A stretch of DNA of 64,000 bases from Chloroflexota bacterium. Its GTDB lineage: Bacteria; Chloroflexota; UBA11872. The notes beneath the pieces were generated by a model. The model saw only the letters and a list, made by a program, of their open reading frames with translations, searched no databases and had not been told where the DNA came from. The stretch covers positions 55,106 through 119,105 of the forward strand of contig JAJDZD010000039.1 of NCBI GenBank assembly GCA_022824865.1, given 5' to 3'. This document shows, in pieces, positions 50,612-59,355 of this stretch. Position 1 is the first letter of the stretch. Each line of letters begins with the position of its first letter. A program made the position numbers and the translations under genes.

Positions 50612-51171
50612 TGCGCGACAGGTCGGTCGAACTGGTCGGTGACTTCGATAGCGCTGAGGCGCGCTTCCTGCACAGCCAGTTCGACGACTGCCGAATCGAA
50701 CTGATCGCCCGCTCCCAACTCGACGAGCGCACCGCCCTGCTGTGCTGGCAGCCCGCCGCGGATGTTCATCCACGCGCCGTCGAAACCACATCGCCCCGCG
50801 TCACCGACCGCCGCCGTCGCCCGCCCGTCGCCTGGTACGTCCTGGAACACAAACCGGACCTGCGCCTCACCCCCATCGCCACGAGCGCCGACCTACAGGA
50901 GCGCTACCCCGGCCACTTTCCATCCGACATCGTCCCGGACCAACCAGCCCGCAAAGGCTGCCTGCCCCTCCCCGGGCTGTTTTGGCCTGTCCTGTCTGCG
51001 CTGGCGCTGGGCGCGTCCTGGGGTTGCGGCCGCGACTCGCTAAAACACGGTGTAGCTGGTCGTCAGGAAAAACACGCCGACCACGACAACCAGGATCGGG
51101 ACCAGCACTCCCAGCCCGACAGCGACGACACCGAATCCCCAGGCCGCCGATCCGCGCCGGGACCGTCGTAG
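50611..51171 (+). CDS. Hypothetical protein
   Basis: 186-aa ORF whose ATG overlaps the tsaC stop (TGATG). The first ~130 codons have strong G/C third-position bias. The 3' end overlaps the convergent gene by 132 nt, so its extent is uncertain. Confidence 0.4.
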   Translation: MRDRSVELVGDFDSAEARFLHSQFDDCRIELIARSQLDERTALLCWQPAADVHPRAVETTSPRVTDRRRRPPVAWYVLEHKPDLRLTPIATSADLQERYPGHFPSDIVPDQPARKGCLPLPGLFWPVLSALALGASWGCGRDSLKHGVAGRQEKHADHDNQDRDQHSQPDSDDTESPGRRSAPGPS

Positions 51172-52170
51172 CAGGATCCAACCGGTAACCAGTGCCGTCG
51201 TACTTATCGCAATCGAAGGCAGCAGGCCCAGCGCCGGGTGCCAGGGAATGCGCTGCGAGGGGTCCGTCAGACTTGGGTAGTCCACAGTGGTCGACCCATC
51301 CGAAAACTGGCGCTTTTCTACGGTCGCATATGCGTTTTGCACGCACTCCAGCAACGGCGGGCACAGGTGGATGACTTGGGTCGTCCAGTCGCCGAGCTCC
51401 CAGGGAAGCTCGGAATCGTTAGGCGATGGATCCACGGGAAAGCCACCCCTTACGAAGGGAATGTGAGAGTCCACGAAGGCGCTGACTGTGGGCGAGTACG
51501 ATGGGTCGGCGCCGACTTCGCGGCCGTTCCAGCACCACCGTGTCTCTGAGTGGAACGTCCACAGCCGCTGCCCGATCAGGTTGTGGCCTTCGATGCCCCG
51601 GCGATGCACCTCACACGTGCCGTCCTCAACCGTCACCCTGTCCCTATACGCGGATCGCGCGTCGAATTCCTCAACCGAAATGTCTGTGACCACAGTCTCC
51701 ACTTCGAGTTCGACAACGGATCCCAATCCCAGCGATCCAATAGCCGTCGGCAGGTAGATCGCCACAGGGGCGATTGCCCTGACAAGGCCAACTGCGCCAA
51801 AGGCCACGCCAACAACGCCAAGCGCCCAGGTCGTCGAGCCTCGCTCCGCCGCTTTCAATATGACCGCTCCCGCGCCGAGCGCCGCGACAATCGGTGGGAG
51901 CGCGTTGGTCAGCGGGATGTAAAGCACGGTGATAGTCACCCCACTGACTGGAAACCCCCGAGCTTCGAAGATCAGGATCCGCAGACCATGCTCAAGGGCC
52001 AGGGCGGCGCCCCAAGCCGTGACGATGACGCCCAACCCCCAGACCAGCGACCCGCGCCCGCCCGACCGACGGAGTACCCACCCCGCGATGAAAGCCGCCG
52101 CGCAGATTGGGACGACGATCAGCAGGGTGTAGGCGATACCCACCAGCGGCGGCTCAGGCCCGGCTGGCAT
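51040..52170 (-). CDS. Polytopic membrane protein with one 4-Cys WCW ectodomain (paralogue of 52235..53869)
   Basis: GGAGGAG lies 7 nt upstream of ATG 52170. It has three copies of the TM hairpin G[WR]V[LM]RR..RGS.[AV]WG[LF]GV. It has one domain with C..LWTFHSETRWCWNG...LCPPLLEC. Confidence 0.6.
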   Translation of the reverse strand: MPAGPEPPLVGIAYTLLIVVPICAAAFIAGWVLRRSGGRGSLVWGLGVIVTAWGAALALEHGLRILIFEARGFPVSGVTITVLYIPLTNALPPIVAALGAGAVILKAAERGSTTWALGVVGVAFGAVGLVRAIAPVAIYLPTAIGSLGLGSVVELEVETVVTDISVEEFDARSAYRDRVTVEDGTCEVHRRGIEGHNLIGQRLWTFHSETRWCWNGREVGADPSYSPTVSAFVDSHIPFVRGGFPVDPSPNDSELPWELGDWTTQVIHLCPPLLECVQNAYATVEKRQFSDGSTTVDYPSLTDPSQRIPWHPALGLLPSIAISTTALVTGWILLRRSRRGSAAWGFGVVAVGLGVLVPILVVVVGVFFLTTSYTVF

Positions 52171-52234
52171 TACCTCGCTCCTCCACCCTGCCTGGAGTTG
52201 CGTCGCGGCACGGTCCACGCGGTTGGGGCATGAC

Positions 52235-53869
52235 TTATCCCACCGTATGGCTGGCCGCTACGAAGAACAGCCCCGTGACAACTAGGAGCGTCAGCATCAG
52301 GACTCCCAGCGACGTGGCGCTGACGCCTAACCCCCAGGCCAGCGCACCGCGTTCGGCGCACCGCCGCAGCACCCGACCGGTAACCAGCAGCGTCAGGGCC
52401 ACCACCAGCGGACCGATCAGCGAGAACAGAGCGGCTGAATATGAATCCTGATGGGGCAAATCGTCGACAGCGGAGGTTCCGTCCGCCTGCTGGGACTTTT
52501 GAAGCAACTGATCGTCGCGCTGAGTGCATCCAAGCAGCGGGACGCAGAGTTCGAAGGTCATGGAGGCCGTGTCCCTATGCATCCACTCGCTCTGGCCGCC
52601 GTGCTCCTCGGTGTTGTCGTCCACGAGGTTCCAGAATCGACCCTGCGACAAGGTCCGCGCGGAAACCTTGGGCTCGTCCGTAATCTCCACCCCGTCCCAA
52701 CACCACCAGGTTCCGGATCGGTAGCTCCATACCGGGTGGCCGAACAGGTTGCGCGCCGTCAGCCTGACCTCGTTATCCGTGCATTCATCGGCACGCGGCC
52801 CTGGCCCTGCGGAACCGCTTGGCAGTGACGCCATGTCGCCGAACGGCCCGCTGGCCGCTGCCGAGCTTCCGGGTTGTCCACCGGCCGCCGGCGTCTCCAC
52901 GGGCGCCACCACCGTTTCCTCAATCGGGACCTCCATCACCTCGACTCGCTCGACGCTCGTCGTCATCGACACCGACGTCGAATCCGAGCCGAACAGCGAC
53001 CCGATGCTGAAGATTCCTGTGTAGACGACTAACACGGCGATGTACAACGAGACCAGCACGCCCAGGGCACTCGCGACAACACCCAGCCCCCAGGCAGCCG
53101 AACCGCGCGGCGACTTCCGGCGCATGACGCGCCCGGCAATCAGCGGCGTGGCGGCCAGCGGGATATAGACGAGGAACGCCAGGTAATACCCGGGACGGGT
53201 CCAAGGGCCTGACCGATCCGGGTTATGGTCGATGTCTGAGGTTTCCGAGCCGTACCCGCCGTCCCCGTCCTGCCATTTTTGGACCCGAACGCTTTCGTCC
53301 TGAACGCAACTGTCCGGAGCCTCCGGGCAAAGCCGGAACAGACCTTCCGCCACGTCGGCGTGCTCCGCTTCGCCCTGCCCTCCGGATTCCTGCCGTTCGA
53401 GGTGGCCGGTGAACTCCCACAGGGGCGCATGGATCTCCGCGTTGATCGTGAAGACCGGCGCCGTGGTAATCACCCCGTCGGCCCAGCACCACTCGGTGAT
53501 GGATTCGTACGTCCATAGATCGCGCCCTTGCGCGTTGCGAGCCACGTACCCCGATGCCTGCCGCTCGCAGGTTTCGGTCGCGTCGATCGGGGTCGTGGGA
53601 CCGCCGCCGCTAGAGGACTCCGTCTTTTCGAGCCTCAGGTAGTCAACAACCGCGTGGCGGGTTTCGGCCGGAAGTTCGGCAAACTCCCGTCGCGGGTCCT
53701 CGGACGCGGCTAGCCGATCGACCACGGTAGTAACGGTGGCTAGGTCGGTCGCGCCCGGCTCGTGGGCCTCGGCGCCGCAGGCCAGGAGAGCGAACGCCAG
53801 CGCCGTCACGCTGGCCAGGCCAAGGAAGCGCTGCGCCGCCTGCGCGGTTCGGTCGCCTATACCGACCAT
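52235..53869 (-). CDS. Lipoprotein-type membrane protein with two 4-Cys WCW ectodomains and two TM hairpins
   Basis: 544 aa. N-terminal lipobox-like signal (LAFALLAC-G). The module [Cys domain - TM hairpin] occurs twice (LWTYESITEWCWADG ... LCPEAPDSC; VWSYRSGTWWCWDG ... LCVPLLGC). AAGGAAGGGG precedes the ATG. Confidence 0.6.
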   Translation of the reverse strand: MVGIGDRTAQAAQRFLGLASVTALAFALLACGAEAHEPGATDLATVTTVVDRLAASEDPRREFAELPAETRHAVVDYLRLEKTESSSGGGPTTPIDATETCERQASGYVARNAQGRDLWTYESITEWCWADGVITTAPVFTINAEIHAPLWEFTGHLERQESGGQGEAEHADVAEGLFRLCPEAPDSCVQDESVRVQKWQDGDGGYGSETSDIDHNPDRSGPWTRPGYYLAFLVYIPLAATPLIAGRVMRRKSPRGSAAWGLGVVASALGVLVSLYIAVLVVYTGIFSIGSLFGSDSTSVSMTTSVERVEVMEVPIEETVVAPVETPAAGGQPGSSAAASGPFGDMASLPSGSAGPGPRADECTDNEVRLTARNLFGHPVWSYRSGTWWCWDGVEITDEPKVSARTLSQGRFWNLVDDNTEEHGGQSEWMHRDTASMTFELCVPLLGCTQRDDQLLQKSQQADGTSAVDDLPHQDSYSAALFSLIGPLVVALTLLVTGRVLRRCAERGALAWGLGVSATSLGVLMLTLLVVTGLFFVAASHTVG

Positions 53870-53986
53870 CGCCGCCCCTTCCTTGGGGCTGCACCGCGCC
53901 GCGTTGCGCGGCCGCTTCCTTGAGCCTACTACGGCGCCAACCGCCCCCGGCGTTCCGTGGAGCTTTGTTTCGCCGCCTAAACGACC

Positions 53987-54023
53987 GGAGGCCGGCTCCC
54001 TATGGGGTACGGAGCCGGCCTCC
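53987..54023 (-). terminator. Hairpin closing the phage-like operon
   Basis: Perfect 13-bp stem (ggaggccggctcc / ggagccggcctcc) with an 11-nt loop, 33 nt after the stop at 54056. On the minus strand it is followed by GGUCGUUUAGG, a weak U tract. Confidence 0.5.
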
Positions 54024-54055
54024 AGCGCCTCGGGGCCATTGCCCCGCGGCCGTGT

Positions 54056-54406
54056 CTAGCCGCGTCCCTGTGCCAACCGGCCCTTGATCTGGCCCAGCGA
54101 ATCCGCCATCGAAGCCTGGTAGCGCGTCATTTCGGTGTGGTGCGTCGTCAGGCTGCGGTCGATGTTTTCCAGCAACTGCAACGCGCGGGTTTCCGAGTCG
54201 GTGCCGCGGGCGCGGCTGCGCCAGCGCACCATCTCGCTGCGCACCGCGCGCGCGATGTACACGGTCACGGCCGTGATGATGCCAATGGTTTCGGGCTCCA
54301 AAGCTCTTGCCTCCTTCGGGTGGTCCATGTCAATGCCGGGACTTGCGCCGGCCGGTGCGTCGAACGGATTCGGCTCCCTTGAGCCGGGCTGGTCGCGGAC
54401 TCTCAT
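54056..54406 (-). CDS. Small single-pass membrane protein (holin-like by position only)
   Basis: ATG 54406 overlaps the fibre-gene stop (TGATG), with GGAG 7 nt upstream. There is one TM (TIGIITAVTVYIA) followed by a charged helical tail. Confidence 0.5.
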   Translation of the reverse strand: MRVRDQPGSREPNPFDAPAGASPGIDMDHPKEARALEPETIGIITAVTVYIARAVRSEMVRWRSRARGTDSETRALQLLENIDRSLTTHHTEMTRYQASMADSLGQIKGRLAQGRG

Positions 54407-55458
54407 CACACTGCTCCAATCGCCAGCCAATAAATCAGGCCGGGGTCCGAATTCGTGAAGTTGCGGCCGTCCCCGGTGGCGGCCTGCAGGGTGAAGCCGG
54501 CAACGCGCAGGTTGGTGCAGCGCGCAATCACGCGGCGCCCGCCAATGTCCTCGCGTGGCGTGGCCAGGGCCGCGTAGACCGTGCGGAAGGCCGTCTCAAA
54601 CGTCACGTCAAGATCCGACCAGTTCTGCGAGGTCACGCCCGTCACCGAGGCCACCCCAACCTCCGCCCGCCACTGCCCCCGGTCCACGTGGTTGGCCGGC
54701 GTGCTGTCCTGGAAGTTGGTCAGGCGCAGCGCCTGGTCCAGCGGGTTTGGCGTAAATGCCGGCGCCAGCGTGCCCTCAGCCAGCTGCAGCCCGTCGAACC
54801 AAGCCGTCGTGTCGCCCTGCTTAATCTTGCAGAGCGCCAGCAGCGCCGGCGCCGTGCTATCCGCAACGATCGTGGCGGTCAGCCACTCCCAGGCCGAACT
54901 GCCCGAGTGGTAGGACGAGATGGAGGTGGTCACGCCATCGCCCAGTTCCAGCCGCGCTCGATTGGGAACCGTCGCGTAGACCCAACCGCCCAGGGTGAAC
55001 GTACGCCCCCGCAGGTAGGTCAGTCCGCCCAGGTCGTCGGCCAGGCCGCGGCGCAGATCGCAGTCGGCGCCCCGCCGCGTCAGCGAGGCCGCGTAGCGCC
55101 CGTGCTTGACAACGGAAGTCGCGCGCGCCACCCGGGCCGCATTGCCGGCCAGCGTCCAGCCGTCCGGTGCCAACGTTCCGCCGCCCGACCACGACTCGAA
55201 GTCGCCATTCGGCAGCGCGTTGTGAAACTGCTCGGCGTGGAAGGCATCCAGCGCCAGTTTGGCCGTCGTCACCGCGCCCGCGGCCAGCGCCGCTTCTGTG
55301 AGCTGCGGCCCTTCGCCCGCTTGCCCGCTGTGGTCGTGCCCGGTCGTGGCGTGGAAGCCGGCGTCGATCAGGTCGGCGTTGTTGTTGAACACGTTGATGT
55401 CGTATCGCTCGGCGCCCAGCGGCTTCGTCAGCCGCAGGTTCGCCGTGGTGGTTGCCAT
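54406..55458 (-). CDS. Phage tail-fibre-like protein with C-terminal jelly-roll (CBM_4_9-like) domain
   Basis: The N-terminus MATTTANLRLTKPLGAERYDINVFNNNADLIDAGFHATTGHDHSG..GAVTTAKLA follows a pattern I recall from prophage tail fibres. It is followed by NGDFESW...GW...WFDGLQLAEG. GGAGGG lies upstream of ATG 55458. Confidence 0.65.
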   Translation of the reverse strand: MATTTANLRLTKPLGAERYDINVFNNNADLIDAGFHATTGHDHSGQAGEGPQLTEAALAAGAVTTAKLALDAFHAEQFHNALPNGDFESWSGGGTLAPDGWTLAGNAARVARATSVVKHGRYAASLTRRGADCDLRRGLADDLGGLTYLRGRTFTLGGWVYATVPNRARLELGDGVTTSISSYHSGSSAWEWLTATIVADSTAPALLALCKIKQGDTTAWFDGLQLAEGTLAPAFTPNPLDQALRLTNFQDSTPANHVDRGQWRAEVGVASVTGVTSQNWSDLDVTFETAFRTVYAALATPREDIGGRRVIARCTNLRVAGFTLQAATGDGRNFTNSDPGLIYWLAIGAV

Positions 55459-55469
55459 GTCGCGCCCTC

Positions 55470-57848
55470 CTAGAGCCTGGCGAGTTGGGTATGTAGATAG
55501 GCGGCCTGGGCCTGGTGGGCATAGGCCGCCAGTCGGTTGTGGGTGCCCGTGCCGGCGGTTGGCCGGTATTCCGTGGCGGTCACCGGCATCAGCCATTCCA
55601 GGTCGCGCCCGGCCTCGCTGCGCCGCCCCTGGGCTTCGGCGCCGCGCACCAGCGCTTCGATGTGCTCACCGTCCGGGCTGACCAGCACCACCGGCTCGCG
55701 CGTGGCCGCAGCGGCGGCGATGGCTTGCTTGATCGCGCGGCCCGACCGCCGGTCGCGGCGTCCGTCGCGCAGCGGCGCCTGGTCCGCGATCCGCGCCACG
55801 AACTGGAACACCCGCTTGAAATCCGCGCGGATGGCATAGGCCAGCGAGGCGGCGTGAATCACCGGCGTCGTGGTGGGGTCGTCGCTGTGCAGCGTCAGCC
55901 GCAGGTCGATGGCCGTGGCCGCGGCCTCCGACCCGAACTCGATGCGCTGACCGCTGGCCGCAAAGCGTCCCAGTTGCTTGAACGGCGCTCCGTCGGCCAG
56001 CCGGTAGGCCGCGTCCACCCAGGTGGACGCCGTCAGCCGGTCGCCGCTCAGCGTGAGGGCCAAGAAGGCCTTGGGTTGCGCCGCGAACGCCGCGTCGAAG
56101 CGCGAAAGGTACACCTCCGCGCTGGCGGCGAAGCGACAGTTGGGATCGTGCAGCGGATTAGCCGAACCCCGCGGCAGCACGATCGCGGCCAGCGATCCGC
56201 CAACCCCCAGGTACAACCGCGGGTTCGGCCCCGGCCGGTCCGACACCCACATGTGTCGGCAGTCCACCCGCCCAAGCTGCGCGAGAGGATGCCAGGACTC
56301 CTGGTCGGGGTTGAACGCCAGCAGCGTGGTGTGCCCAGTCTCGTCCCGCAGCGCCGCATACAGGAAGTGGGCGTCGCCGGCGCAGGCGCTGATGCGGCCC
56401 CGGATCGGCGAGTCGTTTTCGCGCAGACGTTCCGGGCCGACGGGCGTCAGGTCGCCGGACCGAAAGCGAAAGAGCCCCTGCGACAGCGGGAGCCACAGAT
56501 AGCCGCGCCATACCGCGGCGCCACGGCCGCTGTGCGGACTTGAACGCCGCGCCCGCTGTGACCAAAGGTGTTCCGCCACGGCGCCGCGTTCGGCGCCGGG
56601 GCGCAGCGCATAGAGGCCGTCCTCCTTCACCACGTAAGCCGTGCCGCCCAGGCTCAGGAGCGCATTGGCGTCGCAAGCGCCGTCGCCCACCGGCGCGCCG
56701 TCCGTCCAGGTGGAAGCCGACCCGCCGTCCATTGAGATCGACAGCCTGGGCGCGCCGGTCTCACTGCTCACCCGCGCCAATTGCGAACCGATCACCAGGA
56801 ACGCGTCGGCCTTGCGGACTTCGCGTACCGCCAGTTCGTTGATGCGGGTTGAGGAGTCCAGCGCCGACCCAACGGTCAGCCGCAGCCAGAAGGCCTCCAC
56901 CCCGTTGATCGTCGACCGCCGCCAGCCCGCCGGTTCCTCGAACCTCAGTTCGCCATCGTGGGCCAACGTTCTGCCATCCTGTGCCGTGCTGTCGTTCAGC
57001 CCGCCCACGGCCGTCCAGTCCGAGCCATTCCAGTACTCCGCCGCAAGTTCGGCCGCGTTGCCATTCGCGGCGGCGTTCATTTCAATGGCCACCGCCGCGA
57101 ACGGCGCCTTGCCGCCCACCAGCAGCCAGGCGCCGTCATTCGCCGCGCCCAGCGAGTCCAGGTGCCCGTACGTCCCCGCGTCCGCGTCGCTGACGGCCTC
57201 TGTGAGATCGGCGTACGTCTGGCCGCTGTCGGCGGTTCGCAGCACCGCCGTCGGGTTGGCGCGCTGACCGGCGTGTTGTGTCCAGGCTGTGCCGTCGAAC
57301 GTCCAGAATGGCTCGTCGGCCGCCGAGCCGCCCACGCCGACGAAGGCCAGCGGCCGCTCCGCGCGTCCCTTGAAGACCGCGGCGGACGTCGCCGTAACTC
57401 CCGGCTCGAACGCCTTGGCCAGCGTCCAGGTCCGGCCGTCCCGCGAGCGGTAGACGGCGGACCCCGCCAGTACGTAGATGGCGTCGCCGAGTTCGAAGTG
57501 GTCCGTAATCTCTCCTGACGACGTAATCGGCGTAGTCATGACCTCCGGCGGCAGGGTGATCTGGTGCGGGATGCGCGTGTCGGCCAGCCCGTGGGCGTAG
57601 CCGGTCGACCCGCCGCGCGGGACGATCCGCTGGCCGTACCCGCCTGAAAGGTCATCCACCGCCCAGGTCGTCTCGTCTTCGGGCGGGAACTGGGCGTAGG
57701 ACTGGTCGGTCTGGCTGACGCGCGGCGCAAAGAAATCCAGCTTGCGCTCGCGCCAGGCCACCGTGCCCTCGGTCCCGGTGCTGAGCATCAGGCCCGTCCC
57801 GTCCACCATGCAGTCGTAGGGATAGGGCGGGCGGTTGCCGCGTGGCAT
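55470..57848 (-). CDS. Large phage structural protein (792 aa; tail-tubular-B/tailspike position), with BNR/Asp-box-like motifs
   Basis: GGAGG lies upstream of ATG 57848 (TAAATG junction). Asp-box-like SRDGRTW, TADSGQTY and SMDGGSASTW motifs suggest a beta-propeller. I do not recognise a family confidently. Confidence 0.55.
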   Translation of the reverse strand: MPRGNRPPYPYDCMVDGTGLMLSTGTEGTVAWRERKLDFFAPRVSQTDQSYAQFPPEDETTWAVDDLSGGYGQRIVPRGGSTGYAHGLADTRIPHQITLPPEVMTTPITSSGEITDHFELGDAIYVLAGSAVYRSRDGRTWTLAKAFEPGVTATSAAVFKGRAERPLAFVGVGGSAADEPFWTFDGTAWTQHAGQRANPTAVLRTADSGQTYADLTEAVSDADAGTYGHLDSLGAANDGAWLLVGGKAPFAAVAIEMNAAANGNAAELAAEYWNGSDWTAVGGLNDSTAQDGRTLAHDGELRFEEPAGWRRSTINGVEAFWLRLTVGSALDSSTRINELAVREVRKADAFLVIGSQLARVSSETGAPRLSISMDGGSASTWTDGAPVGDGACDANALLSLGGTAYVVKEDGLYALRPGAERGAVAEHLWSQRARRSSPHSGRGAAVWRGYLWLPLSQGLFRFRSGDLTPVGPERLRENDSPIRGRISACAGDAHFLYAALRDETGHTTLLAFNPDQESWHPLAQLGRVDCRHMWVSDRPGPNPRLYLGVGGSLAAIVLPRGSANPLHDPNCRFAASAEVYLSRFDAAFAAQPKAFLALTLSGDRLTASTWVDAAYRLADGAPFKQLGRFAASGQRIEFGSEAAATAIDLRLTLHSDDPTTTPVIHAASLAYAIRADFKRVFQFVARIADQAPLRDGRRDRRSGRAIKQAIAAAAATREPVVLVSPDGEHIEALVRGAEAQGRRSEAGRDLEWLMPVTATEYRPTAGTGTHNRLAAYAHQAQAAYLHTQLARL

Positions 57849-59072
57849 TTACCAACCTCCCCCCAACATCACCCGCCGGGTGGCGCGCGGCCGATAGAGA
57901 CGGGAAAGCTGCTGAAACTCCAACGCGGCGTCGCGTTGCAGGGCTGCATAGCGCGCCACGTCGCCGGCCGGCGCGTCGCGGTGCAGGTGTCGGTAGACCT
58001 CCACCAGCGCCCCTTGCGCCACCCAGTCCACCGGGGCGTCGGTCACGGCGTCATCGCTGGCCAGCGGATCGTAGGCCCGCAGCCCTTCGATCAACAGTGT
58101 CTCGCCCAGGCTGGGCGGCGGGTCCGCTTCCAGCCATAATTCCGGCCCCGCCGGCCCTGGGTTGGCCGTGGTTCGCCACCAGGGCACCGCCGACATCACC
58201 CGCTGCGGATGGGCGGCTGCCCGCCGCCAGACCTCCACTACTTGCTGGCGATGCGTGATCCAGGCGGGCAGTGGGAACCGTCGGCGACCAGCCGCCAGCA
58301 GGATCACCTGGTCCCAGCGGGTTGCCGCCTCCGCCTCCGCGGCGCCCAGGCGGACCTCGATCTCCTCGCATCCATCGGGAGTCACGAACGTCAGACGCAC
58401 TCGCTGCCAGGCCCGGCCCGTGGCCGTAACCGCGTCCAGGTCAACGCCGCCGGTCAGGTTGTGAACCGCCAGCCGCGCCGTCGATCCGCCCGGCGCCACC
58501 GACGCTTCCAGCGTGTACGGCTGGCCCGGCAGCACGGCCAGCGCGGTCGAGGCCGCGTAACCGCCCGCCGCCGTCGCGGTCACTTCCAGGCTCGCGGCCC
58601 CGCCGGCCGCGTCCGCACCGGCCGCGACTTTGGCCGCGTCGGCGTTCCAGGTACGCCAGGCCCGCGTGTCCCGGCGTTCCATGGCGCCGTCGACCAGCAT
58701 GGTCAATGGCGAAAGCGTCTGGAACCAACAGCGCGTGAGCGTGGCGTCGATGGCCGCGTTGATCACGTCCGGCGCAACCAGCCGTAAGAGTTCATAGGAC
58801 GACGCGGCTTCGACCGAGCGGGGAAACGCCCGGCTGACCGTTATCGAACCCTCCGCCGGATCGTAGGCCGCCACGCGCCGGGTTTCGCCCGCGTTTGGAC
58901 CGTCAAGCAGGTGGACCCAGCTGTCGGTCCACAGGTCGGCGGAGGCCGTGGAGTCCTGAAGCCGCGCCGGGTCGACCAGCGTCACCGTAGACCCGTTGTC
59001 CGACGTCCCGGTCAGAAACGGCGCCAGCCGCTGCGCGATTCGCTGGCGCAATGCGCGCCTCGTTACGCTCAT
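57849..59072 (-). CDS. Phage structural protein (407 aa) with internal jelly-roll domain
   Basis: MSVTRRALRQRIAQRLA... begins at ATG 59072, in an ATGA overlap with the 84-aa ORF. The central segment DGAMERRDTRAWRTW...SLEVTA...YTLEASV...WQRVRLTF...WDQVILL is CBM/jelly-roll-like. Confidence 0.55.
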   Translation of the reverse strand: MSVTRRALRQRIAQRLAPFLTGTSDNGSTVTLVDPARLQDSTASADLWTDSWVHLLDGPNAGETRRVAAYDPAEGSITVSRAFPRSVEAASSYELLRLVAPDVINAAIDATLTRCWFQTLSPLTMLVDGAMERRDTRAWRTWNADAAKVAAGADAAGGAASLEVTATAAGGYAASTALAVLPGQPYTLEASVAPGGSTARLAVHNLTGGVDLDAVTATGRAWQRVRLTFVTPDGCEEIEVRLGAAEAEAATRWDQVILLAAGRRRFPLPAWITHRQQVVEVWRRAAAHPQRVMSAVPWWRTTANPGPAGPELWLEADPPPSLGETLLIEGLRAYDPLASDDAVTDAPVDWVAQGALVEVYRHLHRDAPAGDVARYAALQRDAALEFQQLSRLYRPRATRRVMLGGGW

Positions 59073-59323
59073 GGGCGGACCTCCGCGGGCTGGTCGCCCT
59101 GCTGGTCCCACGCCGCTCGCTGCGAATCCAGCGCCTCCAGGTCCGCGGCGCCGCGATCCCGCAGCCGCGCCGCCTGGCGCTCGCGCATCGCCAGCGCTGT
59201 GTCGTGCGCTTCCTGGCGGTCGGGCGTAATCACCAGGATCTGGCGTCCGCCCGCCGCGCCCGGGAAGCGGTGGATCAGGCGCCGCGCCGGGCGGCGCCTG
59301 ATCCAGATGATGGGAGCGTGCAT
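59069..59323 (-). CDS. Small phage-module protein (84 aa)
   Basis: AGGAGGAGG lies 10 nt upstream of ATG 59323. Its stop overlaps the next start (ATGA). I recognise no family. Confidence 0.5.
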   Translation of the reverse strand: MHAPIIWIRRRPARRLIHRFPGAAGGRQILVITPDRQEAHDTALAMRERQAARLRDRGAADLEALDSQRAAWDQQGDQPAEVRP

Positions 59324-59355
59324 GTGCCGCTACCTCCTCCTGGAACCGTCCGGCC

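Noticed and set aside
54307-56543. Plus-strand ORFs 54307..55473 and 55515..56543 across the phage-like module
   Set aside because: They are antisense to genes that have SD sites, coupled junctions and recognisable fibre/jelly-roll patterns. Their products are Arg/Gly/Pro-rich.
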